A stretch of DNA of 64,000 nt from a virus. Its lineage: Duplodnaviria > Caudoviricetes. Made by a program: the position numbers and the translations under genes. The stretch spans positions 1,653-65,652 of IMG/VR virus record IMGVR_UViG_3300010340_000930; one strand, written 5' to 3'. The notes beneath the pieces were generated by a model that saw only the letters and a program-made list of their open reading frames with translations, was not told the origin of the DNA and ran no database searches. Below are positions 38,501 to 46,471 of the stretch, piece by piece (position 1 is the stretch's first letter; each line of letters opens with the position of its first letter).

Positions 38501-38784
38501 CATTCCATATTGAAGCAATGTTGCTCTGGAATAAATTAGAATATGAATGCTTTTTCCATGGAACAAAAGGTAAATTGTTTTTTATAAAGGGCATTGATGA
38601 AAATAGAGCACCTGAACATATACAGAAAAGAAAACATTTATTGAGCAAAAAAAATACAAGTATTGTTATACCAGAGGATTTGGAACGATTACCAGATTAT
38701 TATATTGTTGATGTTGAAAAAATGATTGAGTACTGTTGGATAGAGCGTTATAAAGAAATAACAGAATGTTTACAAAGAAAATAA
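35542..38784 (+). CDS. polB: Family-B DNA polymerase with an N-terminal family-4 uracil-DNA glycosylase domain
   Basis: UDG4: CxxC, AEAP, GPAG, NVCLC, ECC, HPSYILR. PolB: DIE, WNGLGFDLPY, YSKVD, DFSSLYPS, KITNNSIYG, YGDTDS. Confidence 0.93.
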   Translation: MKKSYANCSLCPLYEKPIVIGESSHNELDKIRLLVLAEAPSKEEVKNNKPLCGPAGKIFREVFNGLKLNQIPHIITNVCLCANLDKNNKNSNPPLEALECCKINWQTLIKNLPNLELILIMGSMPMKVFNIAESGILKLRGKFYTYNNINVMLTIHPSYILRNGGIGSESYNLFESDLKLIKENLNKHVFVNVSKSEDVNIESARGINENYLYYFTLPSEYYKEEYCLFDVQYLRNKHTILYIFLDNNGNKVYYKIKDDIQYYYTKEGNALDYETILPASNVNLHLNFYDIKPADKEKYTFFERDVKLEFKHVIDYRIKREVEEIPCKLKIQFMDIEVFSDGNLEFPRPEIANKPINAISFKNGDGQTNVYIVRFPQMDQSAIQERDDVNIKLFDTERELLLAYCEEIKKYDPHIITAWNGLGFDLPYIYNRMQKNGIDINMLSPIGETSFDFERYGNHFIYGLHFLDLLEVYKMFTYNQESSYKLGSIARKELSKDKVAYEGTLDNIYIKDINKFIEYSKVDTELLFELEEKLKFIELLYEMIRICSSTWNASKSTMGLIDPLIVSYAKKNGYVCKDAIHERDGGSEPIKGAYVREPISGLHSYIVDFDFSSLYPSTIVTYNMDPSITMIASIDDKLAYKYIYKKDEMPEKFTIILYPYKKNVISKTITLEKFDKFLKKYKGIININGTIFLGHDYKESFISQVVKYLLDSRKEYRQKMRKLDKKSNEYHVCSNRQLVYKITNNSIYGVLANKHFRFFNERMAEAITKTGQEVSKFVQYHLGHYLKTGNKDIDSDFIIKSEDQIPFICYGDTDSIFVNIYDYLYSKNLIAKDDPDIVEKVLSCCKELENYLNNELLVKFVELHNIKPDNSLLNLKQEVVADRALFPNVKKRYCLHIINKDGRPVDEYDIKGICLKRSEYPDKTKEYIKQLLDLILKPKTINFHEIKDFIEEKKREIYDLCAEGDASIARMVNFTKPISEYKNNKVPFHIEAMLLWNKLEYECFFHGTKGKLFFIKGIDENRAPEHIQKRKHLLSKKNTSIVIPEDLERLPDYYIVDVEKMIEYCWIERYKEITECLQRK

Positions 38785-38787
38785 ATT

Positions 38788-39063
38788 TTAAAAGAAGAAA
38801 TCCAAGATTTCATAATCATTATTAAAGTATTTACCCAATTCTTCTTGATACCATTTATCAAGATGTATCAAATATTTAAATTTGATATTTGGTTCATCCC
38901 TCAAGGTTAATAATTTAAACTGGTTATTATGAAATGTTGTTATCTGAGCTATTTCTGAATTCTTATTTATTTTTTTGTTAAAGGTATAGACTTTCTTAAT
39001 ATACTTAGAGGTTCTCACGGTATTAATAAGTTTGGGCTTTCTCCTGAATTCTTCTTTAAGCAT
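38788..39063 (-). CDS. Hypothetical basic protein (counter-oriented)
   Basis: SD ggagg before ATG; fills the gap between polB and queE. Confidence 0.5.
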   Translation of the reverse strand: MLKEEFRRKPKLINTVRTSKYIKKVYTFNKKINKNSEIAQITTFHNNQFKLLTLRDEPNIKFKYLIHLDKWYQEELGKYFNNDYEILDFFF

Positions 39064-39093
39064 TATTAAATACCTCCCAGAAAGGATTTAACT

Positions 39094-39906
39094 ATGAATA
39101 CTTTGAATCAAACTTTGAATGTTGTTGAACATTTTTTTTCAATTCAAGGTGAAGGATCATTCTGTGGTACACCGTCATATTTTATCAGAATGGGGATTTG
39201 TCCTTTACGTTGTTTCTTTTGTGATTCAAAATTTACCTGGAAGAAACGAAATGAAGAATGGTCATTGGAAAGTTTATATAATGCTGTATTAAAAAATAAA
39301 TGTAAGCATGTGGTTATCACTGGTGGAGAACCTTTCTATCGAGAAAATTATGATCAGTTGGTAAAAATGGCTTCTTTCTTTGCTAGAGATTTCATTGTAA
39401 CCATTGAGACAACAGGTATATATGACCCAGAACAAATATATATGAATACATTATTTGATAATTTAAATAAATTTGAAAAAGACATATTGGATTATTCTCT
39501 TGAAGATGATATTGATGAAATGGATAATATTTATTTTTCCATTTCTCCCAAACTTAATATTGAGGCTTATTCAGAATGTAATAACAAAGTAGATATCTCA
39601 ACAGTTTATGAGTTTTATAACCTGAGAAAATTCTCAAAAAAAATGAAAAAGTTCAATTATAAATATTACTATAAATTTGTTTATAGTTCTGAGATGATGG
39701 ATTCGATAGAATCTTTTTTGAACAAATATGTTCCCGATAGATTATTACATGATAATATTTTTATTATGCCAGAAACATTTTTGGTTGATTCAGATAGAAC
39801 AAACAGAAAAAATAAAGAAGAAGCAGCGGAGTTTTGTAAAAGAATGGGAGTACGATATTCTCCAAGGATACATGTTGATATCTGGGGATTACAAAGAGGA
39901 AAATAA
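39094..39906 (+). CDS. queE: 7-carboxy-7-deazaguanine synthase (radical SAM)
   Basis: EHFFSIQGEG...FIRMGICPLRCFFCDS (CxxxCxxC), VVITGGEP, IETTG, SISPK, RYSPRIHVDIWG. Confidence 0.9.
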   Translation: MNTLNQTLNVVEHFFSIQGEGSFCGTPSYFIRMGICPLRCFFCDSKFTWKKRNEEWSLESLYNAVLKNKCKHVVITGGEPFYRENYDQLVKMASFFARDFIVTIETTGIYDPEQIYMNTLFDNLNKFEKDILDYSLEDDIDEMDNIYFSISPKLNIEAYSECNNKVDISTVYEFYNLRKFSKKMKKFNYKYYYKFVYSSEMMDSIESFLNKYVPDRLLHDNIFIMPETFLVDSDRTNRKNKEEAAEFCKRMGVRYSPRIHVDIWGLQRGK

Positions 39907-39921
39907 TATTATAAAAATAAA

Positions 39922-39950
39922 AAGAGGAGGATTTACTCCTCCTCTTCTTT
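39922..39950. terminator. Bidirectional intrinsic terminator downstream of queE
   Basis: aagaggagga/tcctcctctt stem flanked by A- and T-runs. Confidence 0.7.
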
Positions 39951-40095
39951 GCCTTCGGCCCGGATGGTATCCTTTACAAGGATCCCATCCTCGGACTGGT
40001 TCTGGGGAAGAGACCCCAGAACCAGATCAGCCAGCGCCGGCGAATAGCGCTGGCTTATTTCTTGCCAATCTGACAACAGCGTCCCTGACGAGGTT
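39951..40095. ncRNA. Candidate structured RNA (GC-rich, multi-hairpin) overlapping a possible 58-aa minus-strand ORF (39933-40109)
   Basis: Stems ggatgg.atcct/aggat.ccatcc, ctggttctgggg/ccccagaaccag and agccagcgc/gcgctggct. Confidence 0.45.
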
Positions 40096-40180
40096 ATTAT
40101 GATATACATCTCTCTCCTCCTGATAAATATCAAATCAATAATTAATATATATAATAAAAAATAAAAAATTTCGACAAAAA

Positions 40181-40374
40181 CACATTATATATGGAGCAGA
40201 AGTGCCCCATATATAATGTGCTGAAATTTTTTATTGTTTCCATGGGTTTTAATGCAAAATAGATTGGAGTCAATAATATTCTTAAGTAATTCTGCCATTA
40301 AAAATATCATTGACTCACCTCGTAAAATTGCATTTATATTAAGGAGCACCCATGGAAGCCCTTAATATAAATGC
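40181..40374. other. Two long perfect inverted repeats
   Basis: cacattatatatgg/ccatatataatgtg (14 bp, 40181-40220) and gcatttatattaagg/ccttaatataaatgc (15 bp, 40330-40374). Confidence 0.7.
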
Positions 40375-40454
40375 TAACGAGGAATTTGGGTACTGCGATA
40401 CGTGTCTGTGTCCATGATATTTCTCCTTTTCTTATAAAAAGGATATATTTCCAC

Positions 40455-40478
40455 AATTCATAATCTAATATATATAAT
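40455..40478 (+). promoter_or_regulatory. Conserved 24-bp promoter-like motif, copy 2
   Basis: aattcataatctaatatatataat directly upstream of the ssb SD. Confidence 0.55.
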
Positions 40479-40496
40479 GAAAGGATATGAAGAAAA

Positions 40497-40838
40497 ATGA
40501 ACAATCATGAAACAAAAAATTTTTTGAATCAAGTTGTTTTAGAAGGAATTATTTCTTCTGAGGTAAGAATCTTCGAAATAGACAATTCCAAAAATGCGGA
40601 ATTCTATCTTCTTAGCAGATTCTCAAGAAAAGATTCTGAAGAAAAAATTAAAGTCATTTTTTGGAAAGCAGATAGATATCTGCATGTATTGAAAAAGGAT
40701 AATCATTTGCTTATTATTGGGGAATTACAAAAAGATAAACATGTTAACAAGAAAGGTGAGAAAGTTAATACGTTTAAGATATCGGCAAACTATGTTCAAG
40801 AGATCTTCAAGCCTCTCTTTTTAGAATTACCTATTTAA
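40497..40838 (+). CDS. Single-stranded DNA-binding protein (OB fold, no acidic tail)
   Basis: NQVVLEGII...IKVIFW...LKKDNHLLIIGELQ...Y/F.I.A pattern of bacterial SSB. Confidence 0.65.
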   Translation: MNNHETKNFLNQVVLEGIISSEVRIFEIDNSKNAEFYLLSRFSRKDSEEKIKVIFWKADRYLHVLKKDNHLLIIGELQKDKHVNKKGEKVNTFKISANYVQEIFKPLFLELPI

Positions 40839-40868
40839 AAATAATTTTTATAAAGGAGGATAATAACC

Positions 40869-42218
40869 ATGAGTTCATCGTTCGTTTCTGCTGCTTTACC
40901 CAGTGTGCAAAATCATATTGATGCTGTTATAAGAAAGCATTCTGATTATTTAACTAATGAAAATGTGAATAAGTTCTTGCATAACAATGTTGATAAATTC
41001 TTATCATCAATTGGAATTTATGTCGTAAAGGGTTGCAAGGTAGAGAAAAAATTGATTCAACGTTATGTGAAGCTATTAACAAGAATGCGTAATAAAGAAT
41101 ATATGAAGGATATAGAGATTATTATTGATAGCGGAGGATATTCAATACAGCAAGGATATGTAGAGAATAAGGATATACCCCATTTTATTAAGCTTTATCA
41201 TGAATTCTTAAATAAGAATGATTACTTATTTAACTATGCTTTTACATTGGATCTATCTGCTGGATTCAAAAGTTGTCCATTTAAAACATGGAAAGAATTG
41301 GAAAATTTGAATATCGAATCATATCAATTAGCAGTCAACTTGCCTGAGCATATAAGAAATAAAATTTTGTATATTCATCATTTCAGAACACCAAAGTTAT
41401 TTCAGATATATAAAAAAATGTTTTATGAATTGGAATTTCCAAAGTATTTTAAGAATTTCGCTACTGGTGGTTTGGTGAGCTTGGCCAATACCAAGAATAC
41501 TCCCCCATGTGTTATGTATGTTGTTCCTTTAGTTCATGTTTTATCTTATGCTAAAAATAATAATATTAAGAAATTGAGATTTCATGTTCTGGGCGAGACT
41601 GAATTTAAATCTATTTTGGAGCATTGCTTTTTTGAAAAGCACATTAAAGAAACTCATGGTATTGATATCGAGATAACATATGATAGCTCATCTATTTTTA
41701 AGATTCTTGGGATGGGAAGATATATATACGTTTTGGATAAGTTTAATATCATAAGAAAAATGACTTTACGTTCAGACTCTTTGGATATGATGTGGAGAAA
41801 TGAGGGAATTATAAAGGATTTATTTTATGATATAATCAACAAATCAATAGATGGATATGGAATAAAGAAGTTGAATAAAATTGATGACCCACTTTATTGT
41901 AACGGACGGATGAACAAAATTATATATACATATGGAATTTTTCAGATGTTTAATTTATTTGCCACCTTTCAAGATTTGTGCTATAAGATAGTCGATAAGC
42001 TATATCCGTATTATAAAAATAAGGAATTTTTCAGATTCAATGACGAGATTGATAAGTATATGATTAAATTTAATGGTGGTAAATTTTCCAGAAAGATTGA
42101 TTACAGAATAAATAACATTCAGAATTCCTTGGAGGTGTTGGAATCATTGGATCTGGATTATATTGATTACTTGGTAAATAACTATATGGTATCGGAAGAA
42201 TTTCAAAGCCTGATATAA
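40869..42218 (+). CDS. TGT-fold base-exchange enzyme (DpdA-like)
   Basis: Ordered TGT motifs IDSGGYS, FTLD, ATGGLV, FHVLG and YDSSS; genome also encodes QueC and QueE. Confidence 0.65.
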   Translation: MSSSFVSAALPSVQNHIDAVIRKHSDYLTNENVNKFLHNNVDKFLSSIGIYVVKGCKVEKKLIQRYVKLLTRMRNKEYMKDIEIIIDSGGYSIQQGYVENKDIPHFIKLYHEFLNKNDYLFNYAFTLDLSAGFKSCPFKTWKELENLNIESYQLAVNLPEHIRNKILYIHHFRTPKLFQIYKKMFYELEFPKYFKNFATGGLVSLANTKNTPPCVMYVVPLVHVLSYAKNNNIKKLRFHVLGETEFKSILEHCFFEKHIKETHGIDIEITYDSSSIFKILGMGRYIYVLDKFNIIRKMTLRSDSLDMMWRNEGIIKDLFYDIINKSIDGYGIKKLNKIDDPLYCNGRMNKIIYTYGIFQMFNLFATFQDLCYKIVDKLYPYYKNKEFFRFNDEIDKYMIKFNGGKFSRKIDYRINNIQNSLEVLESLDLDYIDYLVNNYMVSEEFQSLI

Positions 42219-42230
42219 AAAGGATGAATT

Positions 42231-43949
42231 ATGATTGGTGATTATTTCTTAAACAGAAGCCTATTATTTACTTGTACGATTAAAGAAATTGAGAACGAAT
42301 ATTCTGACTTCTTTGTTGATCTGTTGTTTATTCTTGAATTGTATGATAAAGAAACCAAAAGGGATGATTTTTCTTTGGAGTTTAAGCAAAAATTTGATTT
42401 GGTAAAACATATGGTACGCAGGAGAATGCAAACTCCTGATATAAGTATTGATGAATTGATTGATGATTTATATGTTGGTAAATTTAAAGAGTTCATATCT
42501 TATCTCACAGAATTAAGTCAGGAGAAAATTAATAAAGAAGATATCATTACTTTTTATAATAAGATTTTGAAAAGAAGAAAAATGTATGAGATGATTTTTG
42601 CAGAACGAGAGCTGACAACTATTCTTAATGATATCAGAACAGAGAATTATGAAAGTGAAGATATAATACTTGAAAATTATGAAAAATTATTAGTGAATTT
42701 ATATGATAAGCTAATTGAGAATAAAAATCGTCAAATGCATAGGCAGATCTCTAAATTAAGTTTGTTGGAGGATGATTATACTCCTGTTCTCAATAAATTA
42801 CGTGAGGTATCTGATACCAAGCGAAGTGTAAAAACAGGATTTCGCCTTTTAGAGGATAGGTTTACTGCGGGGGGATTTGAATCAGATCGTTTATATCTTA
42901 TCGGTGGGGAATCTGGTGTTGGTAAATCGATGTTATTGATTAATTTAATTTGTAATGCTTTAATAATGAATCAAAAAGCTCCAAGAGAGGATGGGAAGAC
43001 TGATGTATTATTATATATTAGTGCAGAAAACTATTTGCATGAAACATTCTCTAGATTTTATTGCTGTCTTACCGGGACATCTGTAAAAAGTCTAAGTAAG
43101 AGAATAATGGAAAATGATGATGTGAATATAATGAGTAAGATTAAGGAGATATCTAAACAGAATAATTGTGATATTAAATTTTATTATTATGAGCCAGATA
43201 AAACAAGTGTCAATGATATTGAGGCATTGATTAAAGAAGTCACTAATAATCCAAATTATAATTTGAAGTGTGTCTATATTGATTATCTTGATAAAATCTC
43301 AAGCGGTGAGTTTAAAGGAACAAAAGAAAAGTCAGAAAGTAATAGATTTGAGCAAGGTATGGTTGCAAAGAAGTTTAAATTGCTAGCAAATAAATATTCA
43401 ATTCCAATTGTGACTTGCACACAATTGAATCGCTCAGGATATAATGTGGATTCAAATCCCGATTTAACCCAAATGGGAGAATCCATGATTAAGATAAATG
43501 AATCAGATGTAGTTATATTCTTGCAAAATGTATCTGATCCTCTATATAATATAAATACGAAGTATGGTATATATCAATATAAAAAGATCAGAATGACTTT
43601 ATTAAAAAATAGAAATGGAGCAATAAGTGAGCCTAAGTTGGTGGTTGTAAAACAACAAATAAATGATCAGAATTGTTTTAATTTCAGAATTTTAGAAATT
43701 GATGAGAATGGAAATGAGCTATATTGCGGTGAAATGATAAAAGAAAATAATTTACAGAAAGATATATTCGAGGATTTGTCAATTTCAGGTGATTATGATC
43801 AATTTGAAATTAAAAAAGATACAGCAATATATTATGATGGGGATGATGAGTTAAGAATTGAGGAGAATGAAAACCTAGAAATAAATTTAACGAAGGAGGT
43901 AAAAATTCGGGATCCAGATGATTATGATTCAGGCAATGTTCCTTTCTAG
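42231..43949 (+). CDS. Replicative DnaB/gp41-family helicase
   Basis: KTGF...GGFESDRLYLIGGESGVGKS, YISAE, IDYLD, TQLNR, ESMIK...SD, KNRNG. Confidence 0.9.
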   Translation: MIGDYFLNRSLLFTCTIKEIENEYSDFFVDLLFILELYDKETKRDDFSLEFKQKFDLVKHMVRRRMQTPDISIDELIDDLYVGKFKEFISYLTELSQEKINKEDIITFYNKILKRRKMYEMIFAERELTTILNDIRTENYESEDIILENYEKLLVNLYDKLIENKNRQMHRQISKLSLLEDDYTPVLNKLREVSDTKRSVKTGFRLLEDRFTAGGFESDRLYLIGGESGVGKSMLLINLICNALIMNQKAPREDGKTDVLLYISAENYLHETFSRFYCCLTGTSVKSLSKRIMENDDVNIMSKIKEISKQNNCDIKFYYYEPDKTSVNDIEALIKEVTNNPNYNLKCVYIDYLDKISSGEFKGTKEKSESNRFEQGMVAKKFKLLANKYSIPIVTCTQLNRSGYNVDSNPDLTQMGESMIKINESDVVIFLQNVSDPLYNINTKYGIYQYKKIRMTLLKNRNGAISEPKLVVVKQQINDQNCFNFRILEIDENGNELYCGEMIKENNLQKDIFEDLSISGDYDQFEIKKDTAIYYDGDDELRIEENENLEINLTKEVKIRDPDDYDSGNVPF

Positions 43950-44041
43950 AATAAGATATAATTAATTCTATTAAAGAGAATAAATTACAAATTTCAAGAT
44001 TAAGAAAAAGATTTTTTAATTAAATATGGAGGATTACTAAA

Positions 44042-44716
44042 ATGGAAGATAAGAGCTATATAACTTTTTTGGAAGAAGCTGTTGGTGGATTGATCGGTAA
44101 TAAGATGAATTATTATAAATCATCGGTTGATCAGATTATTGAGTGGCAAGATGAAAATAAGCCTCTGAAACATTCCGAAACCTCATCTGCATTAACTAAT
44201 ACAGTTCAGAAAATTCTCGATAATAAAGTCGAGAAAATACAAGAAGATCTCCAGGATGCTGATGAAATAATTGATGAAATTTATGATCAAAAATTCGATA
44301 TCAATTTAAATGAGGATGAAGAAGTCATCCTTAATAAGTTGTTATCGGAAATTGAATCTATTGAAGATTTAGATAAAGCTTTGGTAAATGAAGATGAATT
44401 TTCAGAAGAATTAGAGGATGATGAGAGTATCATTAATGATATTATCGATGAGGATAATAAAGAAGTTGATTTAAAGAGAGAACTCGATTCGATATTCACC
44501 GAGGACACAGAATTGATGCTTGAGAAAGTAATGGATGATGATGAGGAAGACGAAGAGGATTTAGAAGACGAACTTGAAGATGAGGAAGACGAAGAGGATT
44601 TAGAAGACGAACTTGAAGATGAGGAAGACGAAGAGGATTTAGAGGATGAGGACGAATTCGAGGACGAAGAGGATTTAGAAGACGAACTTGAAGATGAGGA
44701 AGACGAAGATTTTTAA
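44042..44716 (+). CDS. Very acidic protein with a C-terminal tandem-repeat tail
   Basis: SD gggagg; D/E-rich throughout; DEEDEEDLEDELE repeats. Confidence 0.7.
   Translation: MEDKSYITFLEEAVGGLIGNKMNYYKSSVDQIIEWQDENKPLKHSETSSALTNTVQKILDNKVEKIQEDLQDADEIIDEIYDQKFDINLNEDEEVILNKLLSEIESIEDLDKALVNEDEFSEELEDDESIINDIIDEDNKEVDLKRELDSIFTEDTELMLEKVMDDDEEDEEDLEDELEDEEDEEDLEDELEDEEDEEDLEDEDEFEDEEDLEDELEDEEDEDF
44540..44710 (+). repeat. 39-bp coding tandem repeat
   Basis: gatgaggaagacgaagaggatttagaagacgaacttgaa: two exact copies (44540-44617) plus degenerate copies. Confidence 0.9.
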
Positions 44717-44759
44717 ATTTTAAAATAAACTTGTTTATTGTAGAAAGATCCACTCAAAG

Positions 44760-44809
44760 TAACCTACCACGGGGCAAGCCTCGTGGTTTCCTGTGCCTAA
44801 TTTTTATGA
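44760..44809 (+). mobile_element. 50-bp miniature derivative of the IscB element (left end fused to right end)
   Basis: taacctaccac (left-end start) plus a 43-bp right end that is 42/43 identical to the reverse complement of 12817-12859. Confidence 0.78.
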
Positions 44810-44857
44810 CTTGGGTGGATCTTTTTCCATCAATATTAGAGAAAGGAATATGATTTT

Positions 44858-45373
44858 ATGAAGGTACGTATATCTTATTATTTAAAGAATCAATCCAAGC
44901 CAGTTGTTTTTCAATCCTCGGACGAACGATCGTTATCTGAAATCGAAGATAGCTTGATTTCCAGTTTGAAAACAATGGGACTTAGTTGTGTATCTGATGA
45001 GCAAAAGGCGTTAATAATAAAAAATGATGATGTTTCAGCAATTTTTATTGAGAGTACGGAGCAAAAGAATAACGCTCTCAAAATAAAAGGTAAGCACAAA
45101 GGAGAAGAAAATAAAAAACCTGAAATGAAATCTAAAAAGAAAGAAATTGATACCAATGTTACTATTATTGATAATATCCAAGAATCAGCAGAGAAAGAAG
45201 AAAATGATAAGATACCTGAAATAATTTTGGATCTCCCTGAAATAAATGAAGCCGAGGTACCTCAAATTGTTTTGAGTTCAGATAAAGATGACGAGGAGGA
45301 TTTTAGTAATGATAACCACAACAATGATAGTGGCACTGATAGTATTTTTGACGATACAGATAATAATAATTAA
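44858..45373 (+). CDS. Hypothetical protein with an acidic C-terminus
   Basis: SD aaagga; 171 aa. Confidence 0.6.
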   Translation: MKVRISYYLKNQSKPVVFQSSDERSLSEIEDSLISSLKTMGLSCVSDEQKALIIKNDDVSAIFIESTEQKNNALKIKGKHKGEENKKPEMKSKKKEIDTNVTIIDNIQESAEKEENDKIPEIILDLPEINEAEVPQIVLSSDKDDEEDFSNDNHNNDSGTDSIFDDTDNNN

Positions 45374-45746
45374 TTTGCTTATTTATTCTTGGTTAAAACA
45401 TAAGATTGCTGTAGAGAAACGTGATCTTTTATATAGAAATTCAGAAAAGCTTTTATTAATTTTGGAGGGAATCAAAACTCAAGCATATGACAAAACATTT
45501 AAAGAATATGTTTTAATTAAAACGGCTGATCGCATCAAAACAAATCATCAAGAATTACAAGATGCTGCCACGAATTATGTGAAGCTGATTGTTGAATATT
45601 GTGGCCCAAATTTGCTTAATGACATGATTGAGATATATGGAAGTAAAGATAGTTTTTATAAACTTCTTATGGATGGGTTTGTAACAAAAATTATATTGGA
45701 TGAAAGTCAAATGATTGAAGATAAAATTAATATAGAGGAAATTTAA
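45324..45746 (+). CDS. Hypothetical membrane-anchored protein
   Basis: Likely ATG at 45324 gives the N-terminal TM segment MIVALIVFLTIQIIIINLLIYSWL. Confidence 0.55.
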   Translation: MIVALIVFLTIQIIIINLLIYSWLKHKIAVEKRDLLYRNSEKLLLILEGIKTQAYDKTFKEYVLIKTADRIKTNHQELQDAATNYVKLIVEYCGPNLLNDMIEIYGSKDSFYKLLMDGFVTKIILDESQMIEDKINIEEI

Positions 45747-46268
45747 TTTCCATCTTTCCAAACATAAATATTATTTCTACAATCCCAAATTCTATCATAG
45801 TTATTCAATTGCATGTTTACCCATTCTGTCAATTCAGGATCAAATTACTGTAACTTATTTTCTAGCAAATGTTTTTGAAATTGTAAACGAGATATTCTTT
45901 GTAGGTTTTCATTTAGGTAATAATAACCAGGGACAGTTCTTCCAATGTATACAAAATTAATTTTATGATAAGCTTTCCCCTCACCATATCTTAAATCAAC
46001 ATATGTAATAACAGTTCTTGGATTATTTTTTTTCTTGAAATAATTAAATAGTTTTGATAATTCGCCATCTGGTTTTCTTTTTACATAACCTACGCAATAC
46101 AGGATCTGAATCATTTAGTAAATAAATATAAAACTCGAGGGCGTTATTTTTTGCTAAATCTTCGTTAATGTAATCAAAAAGAGGTTTATTGTTGTAAATT
46201 AATTTTCTGAGAAATGGAACAAAAGACCTTTCTAATTTCCATATAGTTTTTAGTTTTATATCTCTCAT
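45743..46268 (-). pseudogene. Degraded acetyltransferase-like domain of the type often attached to phage endonucleases (frameshift plus premature TAA)
   Basis: ELSKLFNYF...VITYVDLRYGEGKAY...F...G...PGYYY...RLQFQKHLL, TAA, then FDPELTEWVNMQLNNYDRIWDC in the same frame. Confidence 0.65.
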
Positions 46269-46471
46269 TTATTTTATCGAATATAAAATTTCTCAGTTCA
46301 TCATACATTTTAAGAAGTCTCATTTCTTTTTTTGAAGTTTATTAATTTTTTTATATATCATATAATTATTTTCGTTACAATCTTATAACGATATTTTTAA
46401 TCTGAAAAGGAATAAATTTGTAAATAAATCAAATTCGTTATCATAATTATTTTTCTATATTGGAGATCAGA

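Noticed and set aside
40080-40095. Hammerhead ribozyme suggested by CTGACGA
   Set aside because: No correctly placed GAAA and stem II/III architecture
35542-43949. Inteins or introns in polB or helicase
   Set aside because: Conserved motifs are normally spaced; no HINT (C/S...HN) or LAGLIDADG motifs seen
44540-44710. CRISPR array suggested by 39-bp repeats
   Set aside because: Repeats are adjacent with no spacers and are in-frame coding; no cas genes
44496-44753. Repetitive basic minus-strand ORF (RLLNPLRLPHLQV)
   Set aside because: Antisense shadow of the acidic repeat gene
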